A DNA stretch of 64,000 nt from NCBI GenBank assembly GCA_963713975.1, contig OY970218.1, forward strand, positions 1,568,001 to 1,632,000, read 5' to 3'. This DNA is from an uncultured Chloroflexia bacterium (GTDB lineage Bacteria; Chloroflexota; Limnocylindria; Limnocylindrales; CSP1-4). The stretch's first letter is position 1; each line of letters starts with the position of its first letter. Below are positions 1-10,718 of the stretch, one piece after another. A model generated the notes under the pieces. That model searched no databases. It saw only the letters and a program-made list of their open reading frames with translations, and was not told the DNA's origin. A program made the translations under genes and the position numbers.

Positions 1-722
1 GCGGCGACCTCGATCGCGAACAGGTCAAGCAGGTCCTGGTCCGCACGCTCCCAGCGCCGGGTGGCCGACAGGTGGCCCGTGAGCACACCGAGCGTCGTGC
101 CGGAAACGGCCAGGGCGGCCCGCACCGGGACGGGCTCACCGGGCACGACCTCCTCGAGCGGGACCTCGCGCGGATCGGTGAGGAGGACCTCGCAGTCGAT
201 CATGTCGAAAGCCGCCGTCGCCTGCGTGGCGGCGCGTTGGGCGATGGCGGCAGGCGGCTCGTCCAGGGTGATGGACTCGAGCGCGTCGAGGAGGTGACGC
301 AGCTCCCGAATCCGGCGCATACGGTCGCGGGCCAGGCGGTTGTGGCTCTCGGCCAGACGGCTGATCTCGTCGTCGCCGGGCAGCTCCAGGTCGAGCGTCT
401 CGCCGCCCGCGGAGACCTGGTCGACGGTCCGGGTGAGGGCACGGAGCGACGCGCCGAGGCTCGCCGCGAGCACCCAGGCTAGCACGACGGCGAAGGCGAC
501 CGAGAGGGCGACCGCCAGCAGCAGGACCCGGGCGACGGTCGTGTCGGCTTCACGGTCGACGCTCGTGACTGCCAGCACGACGAGCCCGAAGATCACGATC
601 GGGAGCACCGCCGCCGTGATGAGGCCGACCGTCAGGCGCGTCCGGAACCCGAGCCTCGAGCTCCGGTAGCCGGGATGGTCGAGGGCCGGATCGTGGGCCG
701 AACCGGGCCCGGGCGTTGTCAC
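1..722 (-). CDS. Membrane sensor protein (2 TM + HAMP + probable GAF), likely histidine kinase; 3' end runs off the window
   Basis: Manual translation from GTG at 722 (GTGA overlap with the regulator stop): two hydrophobic helices, then HAMP-like LRALTRTVDQVSAGG...GDDEISRLAESHNRLA. Kinase domain not visible in the window. Confidence 0.75.
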   Translation of the reverse strand, partial: MTTPGPGSAHDPALDHPGYRSSRLGFRTRLTVGLITAAVLPIVIFGLVVLAVTSVDREADTTVARVLLLAVALSVAFAVVLAWVLAASLGASLRALTRTVDQVSAGGETLDLELPGDDEISRLAESHNRLARDRMRRIRELRHLLDALESITLDEPPAAIAQRAATQATAAFDMIDCEVLLTDPREVPLEEVVPGEPVPVRAALAVSGTTLGVLTGHLSATRRWERADQDLLDLFAIEVA

Positions 723-1450
723 GGGGGCGGCGTGGTGGCAGACACCAGGCGGTACCCGATGCCCCGGACCGTGAGGATGTGGGCCGGGTGGGCCGGGTCG
801 ACCTCCACCTTCTGGCGCAGGCGGCGCATCGTCACCCAGACGTAGCTCGGATCGGCGTCCTCTGTGTCCGCCCATCCGCGGACCAGCAGTGTCTCGGTCG
901 TGACGGTCTGGCCGAGGTTCGCGGCGAGTGCGTACAGCAGCCGTGACTCGGTGGGCGTGAGGGACACGACCTTCCCGTCCACCTCGGCCTCGCGGCGGTG
1001 GAGCTCCAGAGCCAGCTTCGGCCCCAGCTCCAGGCGCTGGCGCGGCACGCGGTCGCCCAGGCGGCGCAGCACGCGCTGGATCCGCGCGCGCAGCTCGGGG
1101 TAGTGGTAGGGCTTGGTCACGTAGTCCTCGGCCACCTCGTCGAGCAGGTCCGCCTTGGAGTCTGCCGTGTCGATGGCGGACAGGACGATGATCGGGAGAT
1201 CGGCCCGGGCCTTGACCTCGCGGGCAAGCGTGAGGCCGTCCATGCGTGGCATCAGCATGTCGATGACGAGGAGGTCAGGCCAGGACTGGTTCAGGCGGCG
1301 CAGGGCCTCGTCCCCGTCGCGCGCGGTCTGGACGTCATAGCCGTCGGCCCGGAGCTGCTCGGCGAGGATCACGAGCAGGTTCGGGTCGTCGTCCACGATG
1401 AGGATCCGCGGCGTGGTGACGCCGTACGGGCCGGGACCGCCGTGAAGCAT
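719..1450 (-). CDS. OmpR/PhoB-family response regulator
   Basis: Receiver motifs ILIVDDD, DMLMPRMDG, DYVTKPY; winged helix LTPTE...RRLRQKVE...ILTVRGIGY. ATG 1450 lies 6 nt after TATGAT. Confidence 0.93.
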   Translation of the reverse strand: MLHGGPGPYGVTTPRILIVDDDPNLLVILAEQLRADGYDVQTARDGDEALRRLNQSWPDLLVIDMLMPRMDGLTLAREVKARADLPIIVLSAIDTADSKADLLDEVAEDYVTKPYHYPELRARIQRVLRRLGDRVPRQRLELGPKLALELHRREAEVDGKVVSLTPTESRLLYALAANLGQTVTTETLLVRGWADTEDADPSYVWVTMRRLRQKVEVDPAHPAHILTVRGIGYRLVSATTPPP

Positions 1451-1512
1451 GCGTGGATCATACGTGGGCGGCAGCGGGCTTCGCGGATCCGGCGCCGATA
1501 CACTTGCCCGCG

Positions 1513-3231
1513 ATGTCGGACCTGCCCATCCGCCCGTACGAGCGCCTGCCCGCCGCCTTCCACCCATGGGATCCACGCGCCGTCGAGGTGGCCGGCGAGA
1601 TCGGCCGGCTGATCGCGTCGGTGCACCCCGGCGTGGTGGTGGAGCACGTAGGGAGCTCCGCGGTCCCGGGCCTTCCCGGCAAGAACGTGGTGGACCTGGG
1701 GATCGAGACGCCCCCGGGCGAGATCCCATCGCTGGTCGATGCGCTGCTGTCCCTGGGCTTCGGGCGCCAGCCGGGCATCGCACCGTTTCCGCCTACCCGG
1801 CCGATGCTGGTCGGCACGGTCGACCGGGATGGCACCCCGTACCGCATCCACTGCCATGTGATCCCGCCCGCACGCGGCGAGCTGCGAGAGCTGGTTGCCT
1901 TCCGCGACGCCCTGCGCACGGACGACGGCCTGTGCGACGCCTATGCGGCCGCCAAGGAGCGGATTGTCGCCGGCGCCCCGGACGGCGACGAGAACCAGCT
2001 GTACACGCTTCGCAAGGGCGACTTCGTCCAGGACGCGCTGTACCGCCTGGGCATTCGCCGCGGTCCCGCAGACGCTCCCGAACCGCTGCCGCCGGGCTCC
2101 ACCATTGGCGTCATGGGCGGCGGGCAGCTGGGCCGCATGCTGGGGTTCGCGGCCCGCGCCATGGGCTACCGGCTGGTGGCCCTGGATCCGGATCCTGCCT
2201 GCCCGACGGCCGCGGTCGCCGACGAGATCGTGGTGGGCCGCTACGACGACGTGAATGCCGCCCGTCGCCTGGCCGCCATGAGCGACGTGGTGACCTACGA
2301 GCTGGAGCACGTGGGCATCGAGGCTGCCGCCGCAGCGGGCGAGATCGCCCCCCTGCGCCCGGGTCTCGCCGCGCTGCGAGCCACGCAGGACCGTCTCGCG
2401 GAGCGCCGGTTCATCCGCGAGATCGGCGAGTACACGGCCCCGTGGCGCGAGGTCGCCGGCTTGGACGAGGCCGCGGCCGGAGCCCAGGCACTCGGCTATC
2501 CGGTCCGGCTGAAGCTCCCCCTGGGCGGGTACGACGGCCGCAGCCAGGTCCGGGTCACGTCGGGTGACGAGATCGCTGCGGCGGTCGCGGCCCTGGACGG
2601 AACGGACGGACGGCCGCTGCTCCTGGAGAAGGAGATCGACTTTCAAGCGGAGCTGTCCGTTGTCTGCGCCCGCGACCGCACCGGGAGGACGCTGGCGTAC
2701 CCGGTCTCGCGCAACGTGCACGATGCCGGGATCCTGGTCGAGTCGGTGGCTCCCGCACCGATCCATCCACTGGTCGCCAACGACGCTCGGGAGATCGCCG
2801 ACAGCATCGCGCGCCGCCTGGACCTCGTGGGAGTGTTGACCGTGGAGCTGTTCCAGCTCCGAGGCGGCGGGCTGATGATCAACGAGCTGGCCCCGCGAGT
2901 ACACAACTCGGGCCACTGGTCCATCGACGGCGCATCCACGTCCCAGTTCGAGCAGCACATGCGGGCCATCCTTGGGTTGCCGCTCGGGTCGGTGATGCCC
3001 AGCGGGACGGCGGCCATGGTCAACCTCCTGGGCACCGGCCCGGATCGGCCGGCGAGGCTCGCCGGGATGGCGTCCGCGCTCGCGGACCCGGGAGCCCATG
3101 TCCACGTCTACGGCAAGCGCCGGGTGTTCGAGCGGCGCAAGATGGGCCACGTCACGGTGGTCGGCCACGATGGCGACGCTGTGCTCGAGCGAGCCCGTGC
3201 CGCGCGGGCGGCATTGAGCTGGGAGGCGTGA
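1513..3231 (+). CDS. purK: N5-carboxyaminoimidazole ribonucleotide synthase with an N-terminal GrpB (UPF0157) domain
   Basis: GrpB motif [19 protein letters not shown]; PurK motifs [38 protein letters not shown]; coupled to purE. Confidence 0.92.
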   Translation: MSDLPIRPYERLPAAFHPWDPRAVEVAGEIGRLIASVHPGVVVEHVGSSAVPGLPGKNVVDLGIETPPGEIPSLVDALLSLGFGRQPGIAPFPPTRPMLVGTVDRDGTPYRIHCHVIPPARGELRELVAFRDALRTDDGLCDAYAAAKERIVAGAPDGDENQLYTLRKGDFVQDALYRLGIRRGPADAPEPLPPGSTIGVMGGGQLGRMLGFAARAMGYRLVALDPDPACPTAAVADEIVVGRYDDVNAARRLAAMSDVVTYELEHVGIEAAAAAGEIAPLRPGLAALRATQDRLAERRFIREIGEYTAPWREVAGLDEAAAGAQALGYPVRLKLPLGGYDGRSQVRVTSGDEIAAAVAALDGTDGRPLLLEKEIDFQAELSVVCARDRTGRTLAYPVSRNVHDAGILVESVAPAPIHPLVANDAREIADSIARRLDLVGVLTVELFQLRGGGLMINELAPRVHNSGHWSIDGASTSQFEQHMRAILGLPLGSVMPSGTAAMVNLLGTGPDRPARLAGMASALADPGAHVHVYGKRRVFERRKMGHVTVVGHDGDAVLERARAARAALSWEA

Positions 3232-3758
3232 GCAGGGTGGGCGAGTCGAAGGCCGGAACGAGAGCCGGTCCGCAGGTCGGGATCGTGGGCGGCAGCCGCT
3301 CCGATTTCCCGGTGCTGGAGAAGGCGGTGGCGGTCCTGGAGCGCCTGAGCGTCCCGTGCGAGCTGCGGGTCGTCTCGGCGCATCGCACCCCGGACCACCT
3401 GTTCCGCTACGCGGAGACGGCCCGCGACCGCGGGATCAGGGTGATCGTCGCCGGTGCCGGTGGCGCGGCGCACCTGCCCGGGATGCTCGCCGCCAAGACG
3501 AGCCTGCCGGTGATCGGCGTGCCGATCCCCACCCAGCACCTGGGCGGTCTCGACTCCCTCCTGTCCATCGTCCAGATGCCGCGCGGGATCCCGGTGGCCA
3601 CGGTCGCCATCGGCAATGCCGACAACGCCGCCCTCCTCGCCGCCGCCATCCTGGCCCTTTGCGACCCCGCCCTGGCCGAGCGCCTGGACGCCTACCGGGC
3701 GGAGCAGACCGAGTCCGTCATGGGCGACCCGTCCAACCAGGATCCGCTGCCCGGCTGA
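3228..3758 (+). CDS. purE: N5-CAIR mutase
   Basis: [41 protein letters not shown]; GTGA overlap with purK. Confidence 0.97.
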   Translation: MSRVGESKAGTRAGPQVGIVGGSRSDFPVLEKAVAVLERLSVPCELRVVSAHRTPDHLFRYAETARDRGIRVIVAGAGGAAHLPGMLAAKTSLPVIGVPIPTQHLGGLDSLLSIVQMPRGIPVATVAIGNADNAALLAAAILALCDPALAERLDAYRAEQTESVMGDPSNQDPLPG

Positions 3759-3794
3759 GGTCATCCGGCCGTACCCCGGTTAGACTCGGACTCG

Positions 3795-4265
3795 ATGGAT
3801 GACGAGCGCTGGGAGCCGGGCATGCCCGTGCTGGACCGCCAGGCGGTACCGGCAGGTCCGGCGATGGCAACCGGTCCAGCGGTGCCGGCGGCCTCGCGCG
3901 ACGCTCACCTGCCGCCCAGCCTCCGTGGCCTTCCGCCGCGCAGCGTCCCGGAGACCGCGCCAACGCCCCTCCAGAAGCACTTCGTCATGCTCTCGGCGCC
4001 GGCCCTGGTCCTCGGCGCGATCGCGATCACGGCGCTCGAGCTCGGCGCCGGGTTCGACAGCCCGCTCGTCAAGGTGTGCGTGCTGATTGCCGCGCCACTC
4101 CTGCTGGTGACCACGGCGGACGCCACGTTGCGCATCTGGCGCTCCGCGTGGGCGTGGATGCCCGTGGATCGCGGGCGTGCGCTGTTCCGGCTCGCCTGGC
4201 TGATCCCCGCGGCCGTGTTCATGGTGCTGATCGTCGGGGCGACCCTGTTGGTACTGGGGGCCTGA
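3795..4265 (+). CDS. Hypothetical membrane protein (about 3 TM)
   Basis: Three hydrophobic segments; TAGACT 8 nt before the ATG. Confidence 0.7.
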   Translation: MDDERWEPGMPVLDRQAVPAGPAMATGPAVPAASRDAHLPPSLRGLPPRSVPETAPTPLQKHFVMLSAPALVLGAIAITALELGAGFDSPLVKVCVLIAAPLLLVTTADATLRIWRSAWAWMPVDRGRALFRLAWLIPAAVFMVLIVGATLLVLGA

Positions 4266-4266
4266 C

Positions 4267-4929
4267 ATGATGGAACGGCGCCTCGAGGAGCACGAGCTTC
4301 GCCAGCTAGCGGCGATGGGCCGCGGGCGGGATGCCCGGTCCACCGACGTGGAGTCGGGCCGAGGGGCACCACGCTGGGTGCTCAGCTCGCTCAACTTCTG
4401 CGCCAACTGCGGGGTCGAGCTGCGGCTCGGCGTGCCGCCCATGGAACACCGCGAGCGGCTCGCCTGTCCCGACTGCGGACACGTGGCCTATGTCAACCCG
4501 CGTCTCGTCGTCACCGTCATCCCGGTCACCGACGCGGGCGAGGCCGTGCTGATCCGGCGTGGGATCGAGCCGGGCGCGGGCTTCTGGGCTCAGCCTGGCG
4601 GGTTCCTCGAGGTGGACGAGACGCTCGCCGAGGGTGCGGTCCGCGAGACGCTGGAGGAGACGGGCCTGCTGGTCGAACCCGGGGAGATCGTGGGGCTGTA
4701 CACGAGGCTCGAGGCCGCGGTGGTGACGCTCGTCTTCGAGGGCCGGATTGTTGGCGGCGCGGCGCGGACGACGCCGGAGGCCCTGGAGGTTCGCGCGTTC
4801 GCCGCCGCCGCCATCCCGTGGGACGAGGTGGCGTTCAATACGACCTTCTTCGCGCTCCGCGACTGGGTGGAGTCGCGCCATCCGGCCGTGGCTTTGCCGT
4901 CAACGTTCGGAGGGCACGAGCTCCCGTAG
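4267..4929 (+). CDS. NUDIX hydrolase with N-terminal zinc ribbon
   Basis: CANC...CPDC; Nudix box GGFLEVDETLAEGAVRETLEETG. Confidence 0.9.
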   Translation: MMERRLEEHELRQLAAMGRGRDARSTDVESGRGAPRWVLSSLNFCANCGVELRLGVPPMEHRERLACPDCGHVAYVNPRLVVTVIPVTDAGEAVLIRRGIEPGAGFWAQPGGFLEVDETLAEGAVRETLEETGLLVEPGEIVGLYTRLEAAVVTLVFEGRIVGGAARTTPEALEVRAFAAAAIPWDEVAFNTTFFALRDWVESRHPAVALPSTFGGHELP

Positions 4930-4951
4930 CCGTCGCGCTCGCGGCCGACTT

Positions 4952-5013
4952 CCGGTCCGGTCCCCACCCGGTCCCGTGCCGCCCGGTCCGGCCCCCACCC
5001 GGTCCCGTGCCGC
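4952..5013. repeat. Tandem direct repeat, 2 x 31 bp, 1 mismatch
   Basis: ccggtccggtccccacccggtcccgtgccgc / ccggtccggcccccacccggtcccgtgccgc. Confidence 0.85.
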
Positions 5014-5014
5014 G

Positions 5015-5148
5015 CAGCGGTTGAACGGTCGGGTGCCCGCCGGTTTGCGCCGCTGGCCGGCACGTCTGTCGGGCCGGAAGACGATTGCAGCCAACAGATG
5101 TGCCGCTGAGCGAGTGGAACCGTCCGCTACCCGATGGTTGAACCGCTG
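5015..5148. repeat. 134-bp degenerate palindrome (REP/MITE-like)
   Basis: Ends cagcggttgaacggtcgggt / acccgatggttgaaccgctg match at 17 of 20 positions; arms align without gaps inward to ggcacgtctgt / acagatgtgcc. Confidence 0.65.
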
Positions 5149-5203
5149 GGAGGCGCAGACAGGGTCATGTGCAGCAGAGGCGCCGCGCCTACCCGCTGAG
5201 TTC

Positions 5204-6964
5204 TCAGCGACCGCCCTCAGGGGGCTCGCCGTAGGCGCGACGCCGCAGGCCCGTGGTGATGGCGGTCTGCTCGGGGCCCGACACCCCCATCCGGGAGAGA
5301 GACGCGCGCGCCAGTTCCAGGGCGGCCTCCACCTCCGGGTCGGCCAGGCGCGAGGCCCCAAGCTTCCGCATCCGCGAGATCTCGGTCCGCCCGCGGGCCC
5401 GTGCGACCACGGTGAGGCGGGGATTGATCTCGCGGGCACGCTCGAGCGCGAGCTCTGCGGTCATGGGATCGCCGATCGCCATGACGAGCAGGCGGGCCCG
5501 ATCCAACCCTGCCCGATGGAGGATGGCCCGCCCCGCCGCATCGCCGAAGAGCGTCGCCGCTCCCAGCTCCGCGAGCTCGTCCAGGACTCGCTGGTCCCGG
5601 TCCACCACGACGCAGCGGAATCCCCGGGCACGCATCGCGCGCACCACCACGCGGCCGACCCGGCCCCCGCCCAGGATGACCACCGAGGCCCGGCCTTCAT
5701 CGTCCGCCATGGCAACCTCGCCGCGGATCACCGGTGCGTGCCCCGGGACCGGCGGATCGGTGGCGGCGCGCCGGTGCTCGATGCGGCCGACGAGGCCGGC
5801 CGCGCCGCGGACGAGGGCCGGCGTCAGGACGATGCTCGCGACGGCGGTTGCCAGGACGAGGTTGTAGGCCCGCGCATCGAGCAGATCCAGGCTGAGCGCC
5901 TCCGCGGCGAGCAGGAAGCTGAACTCGCCGACCTGGCTGATCGTGGCGCCCAGCAGGATCGCGCTGCGCAGCGGCAGGCCGAGGAGCCGCCCGATCACGG
6001 CGCTGGCTGCCCCCTTGACCACGGTCGCCACGAGCAGCAGGGCGATCAGGGCGGGCCAGTCCTGGAGCAGCGCCGATGGATCCACGAGCATGCCGATCGA
6101 CACGAAGAACAGGACGGCGAACAGGTCCCGGAAGGGGGTGATCTCGCCGGCCGCCTGGTGGGCCAGGTCGGACTCAGAGACGATGAGTCCGGCCACGAAG
6201 GCGCCCAGTGCCAGCGAGAGCCCGAACACGGCGCTCGAGAGGAACGCCGCCAGCAGCGCGGTGGCGAACACGGACAGCAGGAACAGCTCCGGCGATCCAA
6301 GGCGGGTCACGGTCCGGAACAGCCACGGCAGGAGGCGGGTGCCGACGACGTAGGCCAGGGCCAGGAACGCCGCCGTCCGTAGCAACGCGAACAGCAGCGG
6401 CGCCGCGAGGTCGCCCCCGGCGAGCGGTTCCAGCATGGCGATCAGGAGGATCGTGGCCAGGTCCTGGACCACCATCCAGCCGATGGCGTTGCGTCCATGG
6501 AGGCTGTCCAGCTCGCCGCGCTCCACCAGGATCTTGAGCACGACCAGGGTGGAGGAGATCGCGATGGCCGACCCGATGACCACGGAGGTCACGACCGGGA
6601 AGCCGAGCAGGACACTCACGACGGCGCCCACGGCGGCCGTGATCAGGATCTGGAGGATGGCCCCGGGAACCACCACGCGACGGACCCTCGCGAGCTCCCG
6701 TAGCGAGAACTCAACGCCGAGGGCGAACAGGAGCAGCACGACGCCCAGCTCGGCAAGATGCCCGATGTCCTCGGCATCGCCGACGAACCCTGGGGTGAAG
6801 GGACCGATGACGATCCCGGCCGCCAGGTAGCCGACGATGGGCGGCTGCCCGAGGCGCACCGCGATGACCCCGCCCACGAGCGCGAGCGCGACGGCAACAC
6901 CGAGATCGAGGATGAACCTCAGCTCGGGTGTGAGCGCCAGGGTGAGTTCAGGAAGATTCAGCAC
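5204..6964 (-). CDS. CPA2 (Kef/YbaL-type) cation:proton antiporter with C-terminal TrkA-N domain
   Basis: [49 protein letters not shown] 6964 chosen (GATAAT 7 nt upstream); ATG 6973 is an alternative start. Confidence 0.92.
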   Translation of the reverse strand: MLNLPELTLALTPELRFILDLGVAVALALVGGVIAVRLGQPPIVGYLAAGIVIGPFTPGFVGDAEDIGHLAELGVVLLLFALGVEFSLRELARVRRVVVPGAILQILITAAVGAVVSVLLGFPVVTSVVIGSAIAISSTLVVLKILVERGELDSLHGRNAIGWMVVQDLATILLIAMLEPLAGGDLAAPLLFALLRTAAFLALAYVVGTRLLPWLFRTVTRLGSPELFLLSVFATALLAAFLSSAVFGLSLALGAFVAGLIVSESDLAHQAAGEITPFRDLFAVLFFVSIGMLVDPSALLQDWPALIALLLVATVVKGAASAVIGRLLGLPLRSAILLGATISQVGEFSFLLAAEALSLDLLDARAYNLVLATAVASIVLTPALVRGAAGLVGRIEHRRAATDPPVPGHAPVIRGEVAMADDEGRASVVILGGGRVGRVVVRAMRARGFRCVVVDRDQRVLDELAELGAATLFGDAAGRAILHRAGLDRARLLVMAIGDPMTAELALERAREINPRLTVVARARGRTEISRMRKLGASRLADPEVEAALELARASLSRMGVSGPEQTAITTGLRRRAYGEPPEGGR

Positions 6965-7031
6965 CGCAGCCATTATCCCGTGCCGCCAGGGCGGCCCGTG
7001 GCGCGCCCGGACGTGCCCGCGGTCGCGGTCC

Positions 7032-7940
7032 TCAATCCCGGGCGGACTCCGTCTCGGCAGCGGCCATCGCGGCACCCACGATCCCGGCGTCGTTGCGCAG
7101 CTTGGCCGGGACCACCTGGGCACGGACGGTCAGGCGGGGGACGAACAGGTCCGCGCGCTTGGAGACACCACCGCCGATGATGAACAGCCGGGGCGAGAAC
7201 AGCCGCTCGATCGCGAGCAGGTGCTCGTCGAGGTCCTGTGCCCACGCCTTCCAGGAGATGCCCCGCCGCACGCGGGCCACCGAAGCCGAACGGCGCTCCG
7301 CGTCCCGGCCACGGATCTCCATGTGGCCCAGCTCCAGATTCGGGACCAGTATCCCGTTGTAGAACAGGGCGGAACCGGTGCCGGTCCCGAGTGTGATCAG
7401 GAAGACGGATCCCCGCTGGTCGATGCCGGCCCCGAAGCGCATCTCCGCCACGCCTGCGGCGTCCGCATCGTTGACCATGTGGACGGGGCGACCGAGGACA
7501 CGTTCCAGCGCCGCGTCCGCGTTGAAGTCCACCCAGCCGGGATCGACGTTCGCAGCGCTCTTCGTTACGCCATCGATGACGACGGACGGGAACCCGACGC
7601 CTACCGGTGTGACCTCGTCGAGCCTCACCTCGTTCACGATCTTGCGGACCATGCGGGCGATGGATGCCACGACCGCCGCCGGTGTCGACGGCTGCGGCGT
7701 CGGGACCCGATGGCGGAGCCCGATCAACTCGCCGGTCCCGAGGTCCACCGCGGCGGCCTTGATGCCACTGCCGCCCACGTCCACGCCGATGGCGACGGGC
7801 CGGTCCCCCGGGTCGATGGGACCGCCCTCGGCGGCAGGAGCCTTGTCCTGGTCGTCCCCCGTGTGAGCATCGACCAGCGCCTCGGCCTCGGCGGCGATTG
7901 CGGCCGTCGGGTCGTCGTGGGGCTGGATGTCGTCGTCCAC
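7032..7940 (-). CDS. ppgK: Polyphosphate glucokinase (ROK family)
   Basis: [55 protein letters not shown]. Confidence 0.88.
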   Translation of the reverse strand: MDDDIQPHDDPTAAIAAEAEALVDAHTGDDQDKAPAAEGGPIDPGDRPVAIGVDVGGSGIKAAAVDLGTGELIGLRHRVPTPQPSTPAAVVASIARMVRKIVNEVRLDEVTPVGVGFPSVVIDGVTKSAANVDPGWVDFNADAALERVLGRPVHMVNDADAAGVAEMRFGAGIDQRGSVFLITLGTGTGSALFYNGILVPNLELGHMEIRGRDAERRSASVARVRRGISWKAWAQDLDEHLLAIERLFSPRLFIIGGGVSKRADLFVPRLTVRAQVVPAKLRNDAGIVGAAMAAAETESARD

Positions 7941-8191
7941 GGGAAGGCTCCTCGCGCATATGACCGGGCGGATCGGTCGCGATCCGGCCAGCCTGGGTCG
8001 CTCACGGTACTACCGCGACATGAACACGGTAGCGTCGTTCACCGAAATCGACCCGCGCCGGATCCTGGGGTCGGCGGCGGGAGGGCGGAACCGGCGCCAG
8101 TACATCCGTACTGGAGTCAGGTGACTGGTGCGGGCGTACAACAGGGCAACCACGAGTTCGTGGTCGATACAGGCGGAGAGAGCCTCGCCGG

Positions 8192-9799
8192 ATGCAGACT
8201 CCTGCAACCCGCATGGCGCGTCCCATTCGCACCAGTCTGGTGCGCTGGTTTGCCGCGTGCACGCTGCTGTGGCTTGGCACGACGCTGCTGATCGCGGCGC
8301 AGGCGATCCCGAGCTCGCAGCTGGTTCCGATGGCCTGGCTGCTGCTCGTGGTGCTCATCTGCCTGCTGTCGTGGGCGTGGCTGCTCCGGATCATGCGCCA
8401 GATCGAGGAGCTCGGCCAGGAGCAGGACGGGCTCACGGATGCCTATGACATGGCACTCCTGGAGGCGATGGGCGACGGGCTGACCGGCCTCGGCAACCAC
8501 CGGGCGTTCCAGGAGGAGCTCGACCGCCAGGTCGTCAAGACCCGCGAGGAGTCCGGATCGATCGCCCTCCTGTTCGTGGACGTGGACGACCTCAAGCAGG
8601 TCAATGAGACACAGGGCCACGCCGCGGGTGACGAGCTGCTGCGCGCGACGGCCCGCATCATCCTGGGCAGTGTCCACCGGTCCGAGCGCGGGTTCCGGAT
8701 CGGCGGCGACGAGTTCGCGGTGGTGCTGCCGGATTCCGGTCCGGACGGGGCCGTCCGCATCGCGCGCCAGATCCTGGCCGGTGCGTTGAGCGGGGGCTCG
8801 GGGACGCTCGGCGTGGCCCCGTTCTCGCTGACCGTCGGCGTCTCGGCGCTGCCGATGCTCGCCCGCGACCGCAAGCAGCTCACCCACCAGGCGGACGCCG
8901 CGCTGTATTGGGGCAAGCGCCACGGCCGAACGGACGTCCAGCTGTTCGACCCCAACCGGCACGGCATCGTCGACGACGGACGCTCGCTGCCCGAGATCGC
9001 GGCCGCCGTGGCCCGGGTCGCCACGGACCGGCTCCTGACGCCCGTGTACCAGCCGATCCACTGCCTGAAGACAGGTCGCGTGCTCGGGTACGAGGGGCTC
9101 GTCCGCCCGAGCCCGGCCGCGGGGTTCGCCAACGCGAGCGCCCTGTTCGTGGCCGCCGAGTCGACCGACCATGTCGTTGAGCTCGACCTGGCCAGCCTGG
9201 ACACCGTGTTGACGGGCGCGCGGGCGCTGGACGCCGACCTCTACCTGTCCGTCAACCTCTCGCCGCGCTCACTGGAGGCCGAGGCCTTCCGGCCCCAGGA
9301 GTTCCTCGCCCTGGCCCGGCAGCGCGGGATCGACCCCAGCCGGATCGTCCTGGAGCTGACCGAGCGCGAGGCCGTGGAAGATCTCGAGCGCCTTCGCCAC
9401 GCCATCGGCGTGCTGCGCCGCTATGGCGTCCGTATCGCCGCCGACGACGTCGGCGCTGGCAACGCCGGCCTCAGGCTGCTGCGGGAGCTCGAGTTCGACA
9501 TCGTGAAGGTCGACCTCTCCCTGGTGCAGGCCGGGGTCCGCGACGATTCCTCCGAGGCCGTGATGCGGGCCCTGGGCGAGCTCGCCAAGCGGCGGAACCA
9601 GAAGACCGTCGCCGAAGGGGTCGAGACGCCGGACCAGCTCCTCGCCGTGATCGAGATGGGGTTCGACGCGGCCCAAGGCTATCTGCTCCACCGCCCCGGG
9701 CCCGCGCTCAACGCCGAGCGCCTCGATCTTGCCCGGATCGCATTCCCGCCGGACCTCGCGCCCGCCCCGTTCGCAGCCGACCGATCGCCGAGCGCCTGA
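8192..9799 (+). CDS. Membrane-anchored diguanylate cyclase/phosphodiesterase (GGDEF-EAL)
   Basis: 2 TM; DGLTGLGN, RIGGDEF; EGL, DDVGAG, KVD, AEGVE, QGY motifs. Confidence 0.92.
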   Translation: MQTPATRMARPIRTSLVRWFAACTLLWLGTTLLIAAQAIPSSQLVPMAWLLLVVLICLLSWAWLLRIMRQIEELGQEQDGLTDAYDMALLEAMGDGLTGLGNHRAFQEELDRQVVKTREESGSIALLFVDVDDLKQVNETQGHAAGDELLRATARIILGSVHRSERGFRIGGDEFAVVLPDSGPDGAVRIARQILAGALSGGSGTLGVAPFSLTVGVSALPMLARDRKQLTHQADAALYWGKRHGRTDVQLFDPNRHGIVDDGRSLPEIAAAVARVATDRLLTPVYQPIHCLKTGRVLGYEGLVRPSPAAGFANASALFVAAESTDHVVELDLASLDTVLTGARALDADLYLSVNLSPRSLEAEAFRPQEFLALARQRGIDPSRIVLELTEREAVEDLERLRHAIGVLRRYGVRIAADDVGAGNAGLRLLRELEFDIVKVDLSLVQAGVRDDSSEAVMRALGELAKRRNQKTVAEGVETPDQLLAVIEMGFDAAQGYLLHRPGPALNAERLDLARIAFPPDLAPAPFAADRSPSA

Positions 9800-9827
9800 C
9801 CGGACGCGGCGTGCGAGCCGGTCCCAG

Positions 9828-10610
9828 TCAGTAGATGAAGGTCGTGTCCGAGGGGAACGAGAACTCGAACGCCGACGGCGGCAGCGTGGCGTCCGGCTGG
9901 TAGCTCGTCACGCGCGCATCGCGGGTGACCCGGCCGCCGATGGACTCCTCCAAGCGCAGGATCACCCCGTCGCTCTGATCCACCGCGATCCGGATCGCGA
10001 AGTCCGGCCGATCCGCGGCGACCTCCACGGTGCGTGGGTGATCGCACTCGAGCACGATCGCCTCGCGCCCGGCCACCTCGGTTGTCCCCGTAACGCGGCA
10101 GCTCCCCGTCCCGAGGACGTTCTGACAGTAGCCCGCCGGGTGAATGAACAGCTCGGGCAGCGACTCCATCTGGAGCGGTGTCACGGACAGGTACACCCGC
10201 GACGACCCGGGCAGGTCCGGACCGTCCGTCCCGCGGACGACGGGGCGTGCCGGACGCCGGGTCCCGAGCTTGCGACTCGCCACGTAGGTCTGCACGGTCG
10301 TCCCGTCGGTCTGCCAGATCTCGTAGCTGCCGGTGATCCCCTGGTCCGGATACGAGGTCAGGATCCTCGCTTCGCCGGGATGGCGAAGCGTGACCTCGAC
10401 CTGGGCCAGCTCCTCGCCGCGTGACGTCCAGACCCGCTCCTCAATGTGCATCCGGACCGTTGCGAAGCGGAGCTCCGCATCGCGCATGAACGTGAACAGG
10501 TCGGCGACCGAGGGAAGGCCGGCGCGCAGCGCCGCGACCTCGGGTCGGGCCGGACCGGTGACTGGGACGGGGAGGGAACCGGCGCGGTCCCATGCTCGGG
10601 TGGCGGACAT
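9828..10610 (-). CDS. Hypothetical protein, LolA/RseB-like beta-fold
   Basis: EVAGREAIVLEC, RIAVDQSDGVILRLE, LPPSAFEFSFP resemble the LolA-like C-terminus; no signal peptide seen. Confidence 0.6.
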   Translation of the reverse strand: MSATRAWDRAGSLPVPVTGPARPEVAALRAGLPSVADLFTFMRDAELRFATVRMHIEERVWTSRGEELAQVEVTLRHPGEARILTSYPDQGITGSYEIWQTDGTTVQTYVASRKLGTRRPARPVVRGTDGPDLPGSSRVYLSVTPLQMESLPELFIHPAGYCQNVLGTGSCRVTGTTEVAGREAIVLECDHPRTVEVAADRPDFAIRIAVDQSDGVILRLEESIGGRVTRDARVTSYQPDATLPPSAFEFSFPSDTTFIY

Positions 10611-10718
10611 GGCGCGGATTGTAACGGGCGACCGGGCGCCGGGACAGCGGCATCCGCGGGCCGCGGTGCAGGCGACCCCGGCAGGCGCGGTGCGTGCGAC
10701 CCGGGACTCGCCCGGGGA

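Noticed and set aside
4952-5013. CRISPR-like repeat
   Set aside because: Two adjacent copies with no spacer, and no cas genes in the window.
8020-8124. 34-aa ORF MNTVASFTEIDPRR... upstream of the GGDEF-EAL gene
   Set aside because: No SD or clear -10 element and no recognisable homology; cannot be supported.
8140-8190. Possible c-di-GMP-I riboswitch upstream of the GGDEF-EAL gene (cagggcaaccacgagttcgtggt)
   Set aside because: Lacks the GAAA tetraloop and GACGCAAAGC core; only a short palindrome (8149-8164) is supportable.
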